Assembly: GCA_049599895.1 (NCBI GenBank)
Contig: JBMYPC010000048.1
Coordinates: forward strand, 1 to 20,993
Direction: 5' to 3'
Source: Bacteriovoracaceae bacterium
Lineage (GTDB): Bacteria; Bdellovibrionota; Bacteriovoracia; Bacteriovoracales; Bacteriovoracaceae
DNA: 20,993 nucleotides
Position numbers and translations under genes: made by a program
Shown here: piece by piece, positions 1 through 9,051 of the stretch
Numbering within the stretch: the stretch's first letter is position 1
Layout: each line of letters begins with the position of its first letter
The notes under the pieces: generated by a model
Seen by the model: only the letters and a program-made list of their open reading frames with translations
Database searches by the model: none
Told to the model about the DNA's origin: nothing

Positions 1-763
1 CATTGATAAAGGCTTCCATTTTGAGATTCGGGTTTTTTGATTCAAACTCATCTGCTGTGACAATATGAGGTCCAATCACTGTACAGAAGTCTTTTCCTTT
101 AGAGGGGCCTAGGCGAACGCTCATTTCTTTTTTCTGAATATCTCGAGCCGAGACGTCATTCATGATTGTGTAACCAAAGATATAATCACTCATCTTATTG
201 GCCTTAATATTTTTTCCATCCCGATTAAGAACACAGGCAAGCTCAAGTTCATAGTCGAGTTTATTGGAATAAGATGGCCAAGGAAGAGTTTTGTTAGGTC
301 CAATAATCGAATTCGTATTACCTTTATAAAAAACAGGCATTTCATACCAAGCTTCAGGTACAGGTTCTTTTCTTTTTTCAAATCCTTTCTTTACGTGCTT
401 TTCATGAACATAGAAATCTCTGAATGTTGAGATACCATCTAAAGGGACATCAAGTAGCTCATTTGAAAAAGGAATTGAGAAATCAACACCATTAAATGAT
501 TTTTCATGACCAATCTTCTCAAAGAAGAGGTGAAGCGCCAGACCTTCTTCAAGGAGATCGTAAGGCGAATCATGACCTTGAAGGATGTCGATAAGTTTTG
601 AAGGAATTTTTCTTTTTGCTCTATCAAGGCTATTGAAATATCCCTCTCTTTCGTAGTCTGTGAAATAACAAAGTTGAGGATCAACGATTTTCCCTTCATT
701 GATGATCCCAACTCTTGATTGGATTTGGCTGATTTGTGGATGAAAGTATTGGCAAATTTTCAT
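1..763 (-). CDS. Fumarylacetoacetate hydrolase (FAH) family protein; 3' end lies beyond the left edge
   Basis: Absent from the ORF track; translated by hand from ATG at 763: MKICQYFHPQ...FRDFYVHEKHV...WYEMPVFYKGN...WPSYSNKLDYELELACV...IFGYTIMNDVSARDIQ...LGPSKGKDF...IGPHIVTADE. These are the FAH-family DYELE, NDxSARD and KGKDF motifs. The frame is open to position 1. Confidence 0.93.
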   Translation of the reverse strand, partial: MKICQYFHPQISQIQSRVGIINEGKIVDPQLCYFTDYEREGYFNSLDRAKRKIPSKLIDILQGHDSPYDLLEEGLALHLFFEKIGHEKSFNGVDFSIPFSNELLDVPLDGISTFRDFYVHEKHVKKGFEKRKEPVPEAWYEMPVFYKGNTNSIIGPNKTLPWPSYSNKLDYELELACVLNRDGKNIKANKMSDYIFGYTIMNDVSARDIQKKEMSVRLGPSKGKDFCTVIGPHIVTADEFESKNPNLKMEAFIN

Positions 764-776
764 AAGCTTTCTCGTT

Positions 777-1904
777 TTAGCTATTGATAGAGTTCATGAC
801 ATTTTTGATTTCATCAAAGAAAACTTCCATCTCTTCTTTTGTTCCAATAGAAACTCTTAAGAATGTAGGAAGTCCATTTTGAGTCAAAGGTCTTATAATC
901 ACTCCCTTTTGCAGGAGTTTGTCGTAAATCATTTTGGCGCGATCTTCTTCCTTTGCATCAAAACAAACAAAGTTTCCAACTGAAGGAACTGGACTTAAAG
1001 AAAGATCCTTTAAAACGTTGTAAGTCTGCTTAAGAAGTTCAGTATTGTTTGAAATCGTTCTTTCGAGATGTTCGTCGTCATCTAAAGCGGCAACTGCCGC
1101 AACTTGAGCAAGATGATTGGGTTCAAAAGGAAGTTTGACTTTGTGAAGGTTATTAATGAGGGCCTCGTGACCAAAGCCGTAACCCATTCGGACTCCAGCA
1201 AGTCCATAACTTTTAGAAAAGGTCCTCAAAGTGAGAACGTTATCAAATCGATACCTCATTGAATCTGGATAGTCTGGGACATCTTTACAGAAATCAAAAT
1301 AAGCTTCGTCCATGATGATAAGAGTTGTCTTGGGAACGTTATTAGCGATGTATTCAAATTCTTCTGTTGTGAGATATGTCCCCGTTGGGTTGTTAGGGTT
1401 TGCGATATAGAGAAGCTGAGTTTTATCTGTCACTGCTTCGACTAAAGCTTTAACGTCAAATTTAAGATCATTTGTTAAAGGGACGGTATGAATTTTTGCT
1501 CCAACACTTCTTGCAAGAACATAAAAGCCGATAAAAGTTCCTTCACTAGTGAGAACTTCTGTTTCTGGAGCAACAAAGGATCTCATAATATAAGACATGA
1601 TTCCTTCAGAACCATTTCCTAAAATGACATTCGTTGGCTTGAGATTGAACTTTTCACAAAGAGTGCTCTTTAAGTGAAAACTATGAATGTCAGGATAAAA
1701 CTGAAGTTTTGAAAGTTCTTCTTCGATAGCCTTCACTGCTTTTAAGGATGGGCCAAAAGGATTTTCATTACTGGCCAGTTTGACGACTGTTGTCTGTCCA
1801 GTTTCTCTTATGAGTTCTTCGATGGGCTTTCCGGCTTTGTAGGTTTCCAGGTTTCGGATGTACTCGGGGACTAGCCGCTTTGCGATGATATCAGCTTCGT
1901 TCAT
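777..1904 (-). CDS. hisC: HisC-family PLP-dependent aminotransferase (histidinol-phosphate or aromatic amino acid aminotransferase)
   Basis: Motifs KLASNENPFGPS, GNGSEG, NPNNPTG, DEAY, RTFSKSYGLAGVRMGY (PLP lysine) and LRVSIG. GGTGA SD-like sequence lies upstream. Confidence 0.9.
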   Translation of the reverse strand: MNEADIIAKRLVPEYIRNLETYKAGKPIEELIRETGQTTVVKLASNENPFGPSLKAVKAIEEELSKLQFYPDIHSFHLKSTLCEKFNLKPTNVILGNGSEGIMSYIMRSFVAPETEVLTSEGTFIGFYVLARSVGAKIHTVPLTNDLKFDVKALVEAVTDKTQLLYIANPNNPTGTYLTTEEFEYIANNVPKTTLIIMDEAYFDFCKDVPDYPDSMRYRFDNVLTLRTFSKSYGLAGVRMGYGFGHEALINNLHKVKLPFEPNHLAQVAAVAALDDDEHLERTISNNTELLKQTYNVLKDLSLSPVPSVGNFVCFDAKEEDRAKMIYDKLLQKGVIIRPLTQNGLPTFLRVSIGTKEEMEVFFDEIKNVMNSINS

Positions 1905-1984
1905 TTTCTCACCATTTTTGTCTAGAAATAACTCTACAACGCTACACCCAAAGGAAGGAATTTGCCACTGGATCTTGCGTAAGA

Positions 1985-1993
1985 TGGTATGAT
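1985..1993 (+). promoter_or_regulatory. Extended -10 promoter element (TG-G-TATGAT) for the DUF309 operon
   Basis: TGGTATGAT at 1985-1993 matches TGnTATAAT and is followed by 7 nt and then the ATG at 2001. Confidence 0.55.
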
Positions 1994-2000
1994 TTTACTT

Positions 2001-2408
2001 ATGTTTAGCTCAGAGGAACTTTTAAAATTAAAGCGTGGCGTTAAGCTTTTTAATTCAGGTCATTATTGGGAATGCCATGAAGAAATTGAGGATCTATGGA
2101 TAGAGGAATTAGGTCCTGTGAGGTATGTTTATTGGGCAATTATCCAATTGGCCACTGCGCTTTATCATTTTGAAGATGAAAACTTTGCTGGGGCCAGAGG
2201 AATGCTTCACAAAACCCATGAGAAAGTTCTCAAGGCACAAAAAGGTGGAGCAGAGAGTGATCTTCTTTTTCGTTTTTTAAAGTGGAAGATCATTAAGGAC
2301 AGAGTCCTAAGCCTGGATCGAAATAAGGGAAATGAGCTTGAGATCCTTAAAAGTTTAGAGGGCTTTAAATTTAGTAATCCGGATAAATGGGAGCAGCATT
2401 TTGAATAA
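2001..2408 (+). CDS. DUF309 family protein
   Basis: GVKLFNSGHYWECHEEIEDLW...AIIQLATALYH matches the DUF309 signature (FN.G.(F/Y).E.HE.LE..W / LIQ.A.A..H). Start placed at ATG 2001 because the ATG at 1989 lies inside the -10 box. Confidence 0.88.
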   Translation: MFSSEELLKLKRGVKLFNSGHYWECHEEIEDLWIEELGPVRYVYWAIIQLATALYHFEDENFAGARGMLHKTHEKVLKAQKGGAESDLLFRFLKWKIIKDRVLSLDRNKGNELEILKSLEGFKFSNPDKWEQHFE

Positions 2409-3180
2409 GATTTTTAAGTGTTTACCGCTAGCACTTTCTGTCTACAAAAAAGACAAATGGGTTTTCTTATTGTCATTAATTCCAATTGCACTTGGAATTC
2501 TTGTTTTTGGGCTTATCGGAACTTATCTCTACTCTGATCTTTTAGCTTGGGGACAAGCAGAAATTCAAAAACTTGTTGAGAATCAAGCTCTAGGGAAAGT
2601 TGTCTATTATCTTCTTATAAGTGTCTTAACAGTTGCTTTTTATTTTCTGATCTCTTTTCTTTTTGTGATGATTGTTTCTCTTTTCGCTTCTCCTTTTAAT
2701 GATGTGATCAGTTCAAGAGTTGAAAGAGTGATTCTTGGTGGAGAGAACCTGTCTCTTTCACAATCATTTAAAGGCTTTTTTTCTAAGCTTTGCTACACCT
2801 TGGTGAATGAGGTTAAGAAGATTAGTTTGATTCTTCTTTTAACACTTTTTTCTGTTGTGATTAGTCTTTTTCCAGTGTTTTCTATTGTTTCAATTATTTT
2901 AACATCGTTACTCTTAGCGATTTCATTTTTAGATTATGCATGGTCAAGAAAAGACCTTCACTTTAGAGAATGTTTAGGGGATATGAAAAAGCATTTTCTC
3001 CCTTACGGGATTTCTGGAGCTGGGTTTCTCTTCTTTATCACTGTCCCTGTCGTAAATGTTTTTGTCTACGCTTTTGGAGTAAACTATTTTACTGTTCTTT
3101 TTGTTGAACTTCATAAAGAAAATAACAACTTAAAATCGGAGATTGTGGAAGCTGATGAAGAAAGTACTTCTCCATCCTAG
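2401..3180 (+). CDS. EI24/CysZ-like membrane protein
   Basis: Several hydrophobic segments, the motif SLFASPFNDVISSRVE typical of EI24/CysZ, and the FLDY..SR motif. TTG start with GGAG upstream; overlaps the DUF309 gene by 8 bp. Confidence 0.82.
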   Translation: MNKIFKCLPLALSVYKKDKWVFLLSLIPIALGILVFGLIGTYLYSDLLAWGQAEIQKLVENQALGKVVYYLLISVLTVAFYFLISFLFVMIVSLFASPFNDVISSRVERVILGGENLSLSQSFKGFFSKLCYTLVNEVKKISLILLLTLFSVVISLFPVFSIVSIILTSLLLAISFLDYAWSRKDLHFRECLGDMKKHFLPYGISGAGFLFFITVPVVNVFVYAFGVNYFTVLFVELHKENNNLKSEIVEADEESTSPS

Positions 3181-3970
3181 AAATTTAAGAAGTGATCTGA
3201 TTGATTGTTTATATCTTGTTCATCATTTCAACCTTGAGCATGAAGACTGCCAGGCTCACATTCTTCTAAGCGAGAAATGTGACGATTTTGAGATCCTTCA
3301 TCTTTCACCATTTGAGTGTGAAATTCATCATTATCAAGAGCAAGACTTGAAAACTCTGCCTCTGGCCCATAAGTATGCTTATAACCTTCATGATGTTTTT
3401 AATATCGATTATTATTTCGATTTTCATGATTCTGTTGTTTCGGCTTTTCTAGGAACGTGTTTTAGAGCAAAAGAAAAAATTGGTTATCGAACAACTTTAA
3501 GAAAAGTCTTTCTGACAAGACCAATGGTAAAGAATGATTCTCAAAATATTTTAAGTGATTTTTTTAATGCCCTTGATGTGGATTTTAGACTTGAGAAAAA
3601 AGATGTGACAAATCCCTTCCTAAAGCCTCATAGCCTTCTTCTTTGGTTGAAGAATAAAGAGTCCCTTAGTTTTGTTCTTAAGTATGAAGAAGAGCTTTTT
3701 CATCATTTTGAAGAGATTCATGTCTTTTTTGATGAGGGAAACTCCTTTGAGGGAGATTTTTCTAATTTTCGCATTAAGCTTATTGAAGACGCCGATGTAT
3801 TGAGATCAAAAATTGATTCATTTGGTGGTTTGGCCTTTGATGATTTAAGAGATTTCAAACTTTTTGATTATCTTGGAAAAGAGCTTTTTCATTTTGATTT
3901 GTCGGGTGAAAAAACAGTAATAGGACGAGTGGGCAGCTTGAAAGAGTATATTGGAGTCGGTGATGAATGA
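3155..3970 (+). CDS. Divergent glycosyltransferase family 9 (heptosyltransferase-like) protein
   Basis: The N-terminal MKKVLLHPRNLRSDLI and YYFDFHDSVVSAFLGTCFRAKEKIGY align by eye with GT9 consensus (MKILV....GD; AIDLQ.S.RSA....GA..RIGF). The C-terminal half is highly diverged. Start could be ATG 3155 or TTG 3143. Confidence 0.55.
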   Translation: MKKVLLHPRNLRSDLIDCLYLVHHFNLEHEDCQAHILLSEKCDDFEILHLSPFECEIHHYQEQDLKTLPLAHKYAYNLHDVFNIDYYFDFHDSVVSAFLGTCFRAKEKIGYRTTLRKVFLTRPMVKNDSQNILSDFFNALDVDFRLEKKDVTNPFLKPHSLLLWLKNKESLSFVLKYEEELFHHFEEIHVFFDEGNSFEGDFSNFRIKLIEDADVLRSKIDSFGGLAFDDLRDFKLFDYLGKELFHFDLSGEKTVIGRVGSLKEYIGVGDE

Positions 3971-4907
3971 GTTTAAACCACCCAAGTACCTCTTTAATGG
4001 CCACGCCGAAACCATTCTTCCTTATTATATAAGAAAGGTTTCCAATCCTTATTATGAGCGTGAAAGAATAGACACTCCTGATGGAGACTTTCTTGATCTT
4101 GATTGGAAGCGAACAGAAAGTCGCAAACTTGTTGTTCTCACTCATGGCCTAGAATCATCATCTAACGCTAAATACATTGTCGGAATGGTGAATTACTTTA
4201 GCGAAGAAGGCTATGACGTTCTTGCCTGGAATTGCAGAAGCTGTAGCGGTGAAGTGAACCTTAAGCTTGAATATTATCATTGTGCAGTTTCTCATGACCT
4301 TCGAGCAGTACTCAATCATTGCTTTGAAAATACTGATTATGATGAAATCTATCTTGTTGGTTTTAGTATGGGGGGGAATATCACCCTTAAATACCTTGGT
4401 GAAGAAGGAAGTAAGGTTAATTCTAAAATAAAAGGTGCTAAGGCGATTTCTACTCCACTGGATCTTAAAACCTCTGCTGTTGAAATGGGAAAGGGGTTTA
4501 ATAAGCTTTACACCACGAGTTTTCTTTTTGGACTTCGAAAGAAGCTATTACAGAAAAAAGACAGGCTCGAAGCAAAAGGGATTTATCTCAGCGAGTTTAA
4601 AAAGATAAAGAACTTCATCGACTTTGATGATTATTTCACGGCTCAAATTCATGGTTTTGATGGTGCTTATGATTATTATGAAAAAGGAAGTGGGATCAAT
4701 TATATTGAAGATATCAGAGTGCCCACAATGATCCTAAATGCAAAGAATGACCCTTTTCTTAGTAAAGAATGCTATCCGGGAAAAGAGAGTATCAGTAACT
4801 CAAATATCGAATTTTCCTATCCTCAATATGGTGGACATGTAGGCTTTTTAGCCAAAAATATGACCTGGTCGGAGCCTCTAACATTAAACTTTATAAAGTC
4901 TTTATAG
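3963..4907 (+). CDS. YheT-family alpha/beta hydrolase (predicted esterase/lipase)
   Basis: NGHAETI, DGDFLDLDW, HGLE, GFSMGG nucleophile elbow, NAKNDPF and GGHVGF give a complete Ser-Asp-His triad. ATG 3963 is preceded by GGAG at 3953-3956. Confidence 0.92.
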   Translation: MNEFKPPKYLFNGHAETILPYYIRKVSNPYYERERIDTPDGDFLDLDWKRTESRKLVVLTHGLESSSNAKYIVGMVNYFSEEGYDVLAWNCRSCSGEVNLKLEYYHCAVSHDLRAVLNHCFENTDYDEIYLVGFSMGGNITLKYLGEEGSKVNSKIKGAKAISTPLDLKTSAVEMGKGFNKLYTTSFLFGLRKKLLQKKDRLEAKGIYLSEFKKIKNFIDFDDYFTAQIHGFDGAYDYYEKGSGINYIEDIRVPTMILNAKNDPFLSKECYPGKESISNSNIEFSYPQYGGHVGFLAKNMTWSEPLTLNFIKSL

Positions 4908-4908
4908 T

Positions 4909-7566
4909 CTAGCTCAGTTCTTGAATCATCTTTTCAGTAGATTCTAGTTTGTCTTTCGCTTTTTGAAACTTCTCTTTTGTTTCAGCAACAACATCGTCAG
5001 GAGCTGACTGAACAAATCTTTCGTTAGAAAGCTTCTTTTCAAACTTTTGAACTTCTTTTTCAGTTTTCTCTTTTTCTTTTTTTAGCTTTGCGATGTGCTC
5101 TTGAATGTCGATGACTCCATCAAGAAGAAGATAAACTTCAGATTGAGTCGCTGCTTTCATGATTGCGGGAGTTGGTTTCTGCGCAGATTTCTGTGCGACT
5201 TTAACTGTTTTGACTCTGGCAAGATCAAAGAAGTTTTTTGAGTTCTCTTCAAAGTATTTTACTTCTTCTTGGTTATCGTTAAAAAGATGAACTTCAACTT
5301 CTTCTTTTGGTTTTACGTTAACAGAAGCTCTGAGGTTTCTGATCGTGGTCACAACATCAATAAAAGTGTTCATGAGTTTTTGGTCGTCACTAAATTCAAG
5401 CTCAGAGTTAAACTCTGGATACTCTTGGATGATAAGAAGATCTTCATCCTGAGTTTTAAGATGTGACCAAATTTCTTCTGTGACAAATGGGCAGAATGGG
5501 TGAAGGAGTTTCACGATAGATTTAAAACAATGCTTAAGAACACTTGCTCTTGATGCTTTAAGGGTCTCATCTTCTCCATAAAGAATGTTCTTTGAAATCT
5601 CAATAAACCATGAACAGAACTTGTCATAAACAAATGAATAAATCGCGCTTGAAGAGTCATCAAAACGATACTCTTCTATTGAGTCATTCATAATCTTAAC
5701 TGTTGAGTTGAGCTCTGAAAGAATCCATCTTTCATGATGATCAAGCTTTTTGACTTCAACTTGATCTGTTGCATTTTCTAAGAATGGGGCGATGAAGCGA
5801 AAGGCATTCCAAATCTTATTGATGAAGTTTCGATAGCCATTGATTCTTTCTGGATCAAGATTAAGTGTTCTGTTGTAACCAGACCCAGCAAGGAGTGTGA
5901 ATCGAAAAGCATCGGCGCCATAGGTTTCAACGGTCTCAAGGGGATCAATCCCATTGCCAAGAGACTTACTCATTTTTTTACCAAACTTATCTCTTACAAT
6001 GGCGTGGATATAAACGTGGTGAAAAGGAATTTTATTGGTTTCTTTAATTCCCATCATCATCATGCGGGCAACCCAAAAGAAGATGATGTCAAATCCTGTT
6101 ATGAGACAGCTTGTAGGGTAGAACTTATCAAATCCTTTTTCCTTCATTCTTTCTTCATTGGGCCAACCAAGAGTGGTCATAGGCCAAAGCCCTGAGCTAA
6201 ACCAAGTGTCGAGAACATCGGGGTCTTGATAAATATCGTTTGATTGACATTTTTCACAAGAATGAGCTTCATCAACAGATGCCCAGCTATGACCACAAGA
6301 CTTGCAATAAAAAACGGGAATACGATGTCCCCACCAAAGCTGTCTTGAGATACACCAATTCTTTGGCTCTCTTAGCCATGAAAAGTAAGTGTTTTCCCAG
6401 CCTTTTGGATAGAACTTGGTTTGATCATTCTCAACGGCTTCAACAGCAACTTTTGCCATTTCCTGAACATTGAGAAACCACTGCTTTGATACCATCGGTT
6501 CAATAACTGTTTTAGAACGATCTCCATGGCCAACAGAATGGACATGGTCTTCGATTTTAATAAGAAGTTCTTTTTCTTCAAGGCCTTTAACAACCGCTTT
6601 TCTTGCTTCTTTAACGGTCAGTCCTTTAAATTCCCCTGCGTTTTCGTTGAGTTTCCCATCTGGTGCGATGATATTGATAATCTCAAGATTATGTCTTTGC
6701 CCAATCGCAAAGTCATTAAAATCATGACCAGGAGTCACTTTAAGACAACCTGTTCCTAGCTCGCGATCAACATATTCATCGGCTAAAATTTCAACTTCAC
6801 GATTTACAAAAGGAACGATTGCTTTTTTGCCAATATACTTTTGATAGCGATCATCTTCTGGGTGAACACAGATTGCCGTATCACCAAGAAGAGTTTCTGG
6901 TCTTGTTGTTGCAACTTCAAGATAGTCGTCGCTGTCTTTGATTTGATATTTAAGGTGGTAAAAAGCCCCTTTGACTTCAACGTGCTCAACTTCTGCGTCA
7001 GAGATCGCTGATTGGAGTTTCGTATCCCAGTTTACAATATAGTCTGATTGATAAATGAGGCCTTCATTAAAAAGTTTTACAAAGAAAGTTCTAACCGCTT
7101 CATTGGCCTCTTCATCCATTGTAAAAACTGAATAATCCCAGTCTGGACTTGCTCCCATGACTTTTTGCTGGCTTTGAATAATTCCGCCATGCTTTTCTTT
7201 CCATTCCCAAACTCTTTCAAGGAATTTTTCTCTTCCTACATCGTGCTTGGTTTTTTTCTCTTGATCCCAGATCATTTTTTCAACAACTGACTGGGTGGCG
7301 ATTCCCGCATGATCCATTCCAGGAAGAAAAAGAGATTCATGACCTTTCATTCTTTTAAAACGAATAAGAGCATCTTGTGTTGAAACATCAAGTGCATGTC
7401 CAGCGTGGAGAATCCCCGTGACGTTTGGTGGAGGCATAATAATACAATAAGGGTCTTTTCCTTTCTTTCCCGCTTTTGGTTTGAAGTACTTTCCTTTTTC
7501 CCATGTCTCATACCACTTGGATTCAACTGATTTGGATTCAAAGGTTTTTGAAATTTCTTGTGTCAT
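4909..7566 (-). CDS. valS: Valine--tRNA ligase
   Basis: PPPNVTGILHAGHA (HIGH), DHAGIATQ, WCISRQLWWGHRIP, DVLDTWFSSGLWP and KMSKS motifs, plus a C-terminal coiled-coil tRNA-binding arm; 885 aa. Confidence 0.99.
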   Translation of the reverse strand: MTQEISKTFESKSVESKWYETWEKGKYFKPKAGKKGKDPYCIIMPPPNVTGILHAGHALDVSTQDALIRFKRMKGHESLFLPGMDHAGIATQSVVEKMIWDQEKKTKHDVGREKFLERVWEWKEKHGGIIQSQQKVMGASPDWDYSVFTMDEEANEAVRTFFVKLFNEGLIYQSDYIVNWDTKLQSAISDAEVEHVEVKGAFYHLKYQIKDSDDYLEVATTRPETLLGDTAICVHPEDDRYQKYIGKKAIVPFVNREVEILADEYVDRELGTGCLKVTPGHDFNDFAIGQRHNLEIINIIAPDGKLNENAGEFKGLTVKEARKAVVKGLEEKELLIKIEDHVHSVGHGDRSKTVIEPMVSKQWFLNVQEMAKVAVEAVENDQTKFYPKGWENTYFSWLREPKNWCISRQLWWGHRIPVFYCKSCGHSWASVDEAHSCEKCQSNDIYQDPDVLDTWFSSGLWPMTTLGWPNEERMKEKGFDKFYPTSCLITGFDIIFFWVARMMMMGIKETNKIPFHHVYIHAIVRDKFGKKMSKSLGNGIDPLETVETYGADAFRFTLLAGSGYNRTLNLDPERINGYRNFINKIWNAFRFIAPFLENATDQVEVKKLDHHERWILSELNSTVKIMNDSIEEYRFDDSSSAIYSFVYDKFCSWFIEISKNILYGEDETLKASRASVLKHCFKSIVKLLHPFCPFVTEEIWSHLKTQDEDLLIIQEYPEFNSELEFSDDQKLMNTFIDVVTTIRNLRASVNVKPKEEVEVHLFNDNQEEVKYFEENSKNFFDLARVKTVKVAQKSAQKPTPAIMKAATQSEVYLLLDGVIDIQEHIAKLKKEKEKTEKEVQKFEKKLSNERFVQSAPDDVVAETKEKFQKAKDKLESTEKMIQELS

Positions 7567-7575
7567 GACTTTGCC

Positions 7576-8898
7576 TTACCCTCTTAGGAACTTTGAGATT
7601 CCTTCGATATCGTCAATTTTAAATTGCTTTTGTTCTTTTTTCTTTAGGTCTTTGATGGCCACTTCATTGGCCTCAAGCTCTTGATCTCCCGCTATGAGAA
7701 GAAATTCACAGCGGTTTTTGTCTGCCATTTGAAAAGCCTTTCTCATTTTTATGGGAGCGAAGCTTTCAACAATGGAGAAGTTTTCCTCTCGAAGTTTTGA
7801 AATGAGTGTTTGAATATTTCCAGATGGGTCTTCGACTTGAGTGCTCGCAAAAAGAGTAAAAAGATCTTTTTCGAGATCAGGAAGAAGTCCATGAGTTTCT
7901 AAAAAGTCTTTAAGGGTGACATCTCCAAGGCCAAATCCTGTTGCTGGAAGAGGATCTTCTCCAAAGATTGTAAGAAGTTTATCGTAAGACCCACCACCGC
8001 AAATGGCCCTTTTGTTTTCAGGATGTTTGTCAAAGACTTCAAAGACAAGGCCTGTATAATAATCAAGTCCTCTGACAATAGAGGGTTTAAAGATGATGAA
8101 TGGCTCGATAGCGCTACCTTGAATTGTCGTTAAAAGCTTTAAAAAAGAAGTTGTTGAAGCTTCTGTTAAATGATTTTTTGAAAAAGTCTCAAGCTCTGAA
8201 AGTTCATTAATCGTGAGGTACTCTTTAAGGATAGACTTATGACTTTCATCAGAGATAATCTCGTTTAAATCCTTTTCAAACTTTTCCTGTGATATTTTTT
8301 CTGAGCGATCAATAAGCTTATAAACTTTATATCGAGTTTCTTCATCGAGTTTTAAAGTTTCACTGAGGAGTGAATCAACAATTCTGCGATCATTGACTCT
8401 GATTTCAAATTGCTCCGAAGTTGCCCCGAAAGATTTCATAAGATGGGAAACAAGTGAGAGGATCTCAAACTCTGCTCCAAGAATTTGAGCTTCGTCTGGT
8501 TGGACAAAAATATCGCAATTAAATTGCCAATGCTCCCTTAGCCTTCCTCTTTGTGGTTTTTCATATCTCATAAGATTGGGAATGGAATACCAACGAATGG
8601 GCTTGGGGAGATCCTTATGATTTGAAGCAACCATTCTTGCTAGGGTTGGAGTCATCTCCGGTCTGATAGCAACTTCTCGTTTTCCACGGTCGGTAAAGGA
8701 GTAGAGTTGTTCGTTAACAAGTTCTTCTCCAGACTTTGCCTTGTAAAGATCGAGCTCTTCAAGAAGAGGGCCTCTGTAATGTTGGTAGCCAAATATTTGT
8801 GCGGCGCTGTGCATCTGGTCAAAGAGATAGTTAATAATCCGACTGCCTGCGGGGAGAAAGTCACGAGTTCCACGGTAGGGTTTTCTTTGGAGTTTCAC
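7576..8898 (-). CDS. hisS: Histidine--tRNA ligase
   Basis: RGTRDFLP, RPEMTP, RYEKPQRGRLREHWQ, VRGLDYYTG.VFE, ICGGGSYD.L and GFGLG motifs, plus a C-terminal anticodon-binding domain; GTG start. Confidence 0.98.
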   Translation of the reverse strand: MKLQRKPYRGTRDFLPAGSRIINYLFDQMHSAAQIFGYQHYRGPLLEELDLYKAKSGEELVNEQLYSFTDRGKREVAIRPEMTPTLARMVASNHKDLPKPIRWYSIPNLMRYEKPQRGRLREHWQFNCDIFVQPDEAQILGAEFEILSLVSHLMKSFGATSEQFEIRVNDRRIVDSLLSETLKLDEETRYKVYKLIDRSEKISQEKFEKDLNEIISDESHKSILKEYLTINELSELETFSKNHLTEASTTSFLKLLTTIQGSAIEPFIIFKPSIVRGLDYYTGLVFEVFDKHPENKRAICGGGSYDKLLTIFGEDPLPATGFGLGDVTLKDFLETHGLLPDLEKDLFTLFASTQVEDPSGNIQTLISKLREENFSIVESFAPIKMRKAFQMADKNRCEFLLIAGDQELEANEVAIKDLKKKEQKQFKIDDIEGISKFLRG

Positions 8899-9003
8899 GT
8901 CTAAAAGCCTTTAAATACAAGGTGTTTGGATTGTTAAAATTCACCTTCTTTAGGTCCTTAGTCAAGCCTTCATTAAATTTAATCTGCTGGGAACCTCGAG
9001 TAA

Positions 9004-9045
9004 TGCTACAATAGAATTCTAGGTAGTTAGCTTAGCTCAAGGGAG
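9004..9045 (+). promoter_or_regulatory. Extended -10 promoter and ribosome-binding site of the HD-GYP gene
   Basis: TGCTACAAT at 9004-9012 matches TGnTAnAAT. GGGAG at 9041-9045 lies 6 nt before TTG 9052. Confidence 0.55.
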
Positions 9046-9051
9046 AGAAAT

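Noticed and set aside
190..711. ORF-track entries 190-381 and 439-711
   Set aside because: They are alternative-frame shadows of the FAH-family gene at 1-763.
7576..8898. HisZ (ATP-PRT regulatory subunit) instead of HisS, given the nearby hisC
   Set aside because: It retains the full HisRS motifs (RGLDYYTG, QRGRLRE) and the C-terminal anticodon-binding domain.
5269..8904. Many short ORFs within or antisense to valS and hisS
   Set aside because: They are fully nested in well-conserved genes, have no recognisable motifs, and fall in the size range expected by chance.
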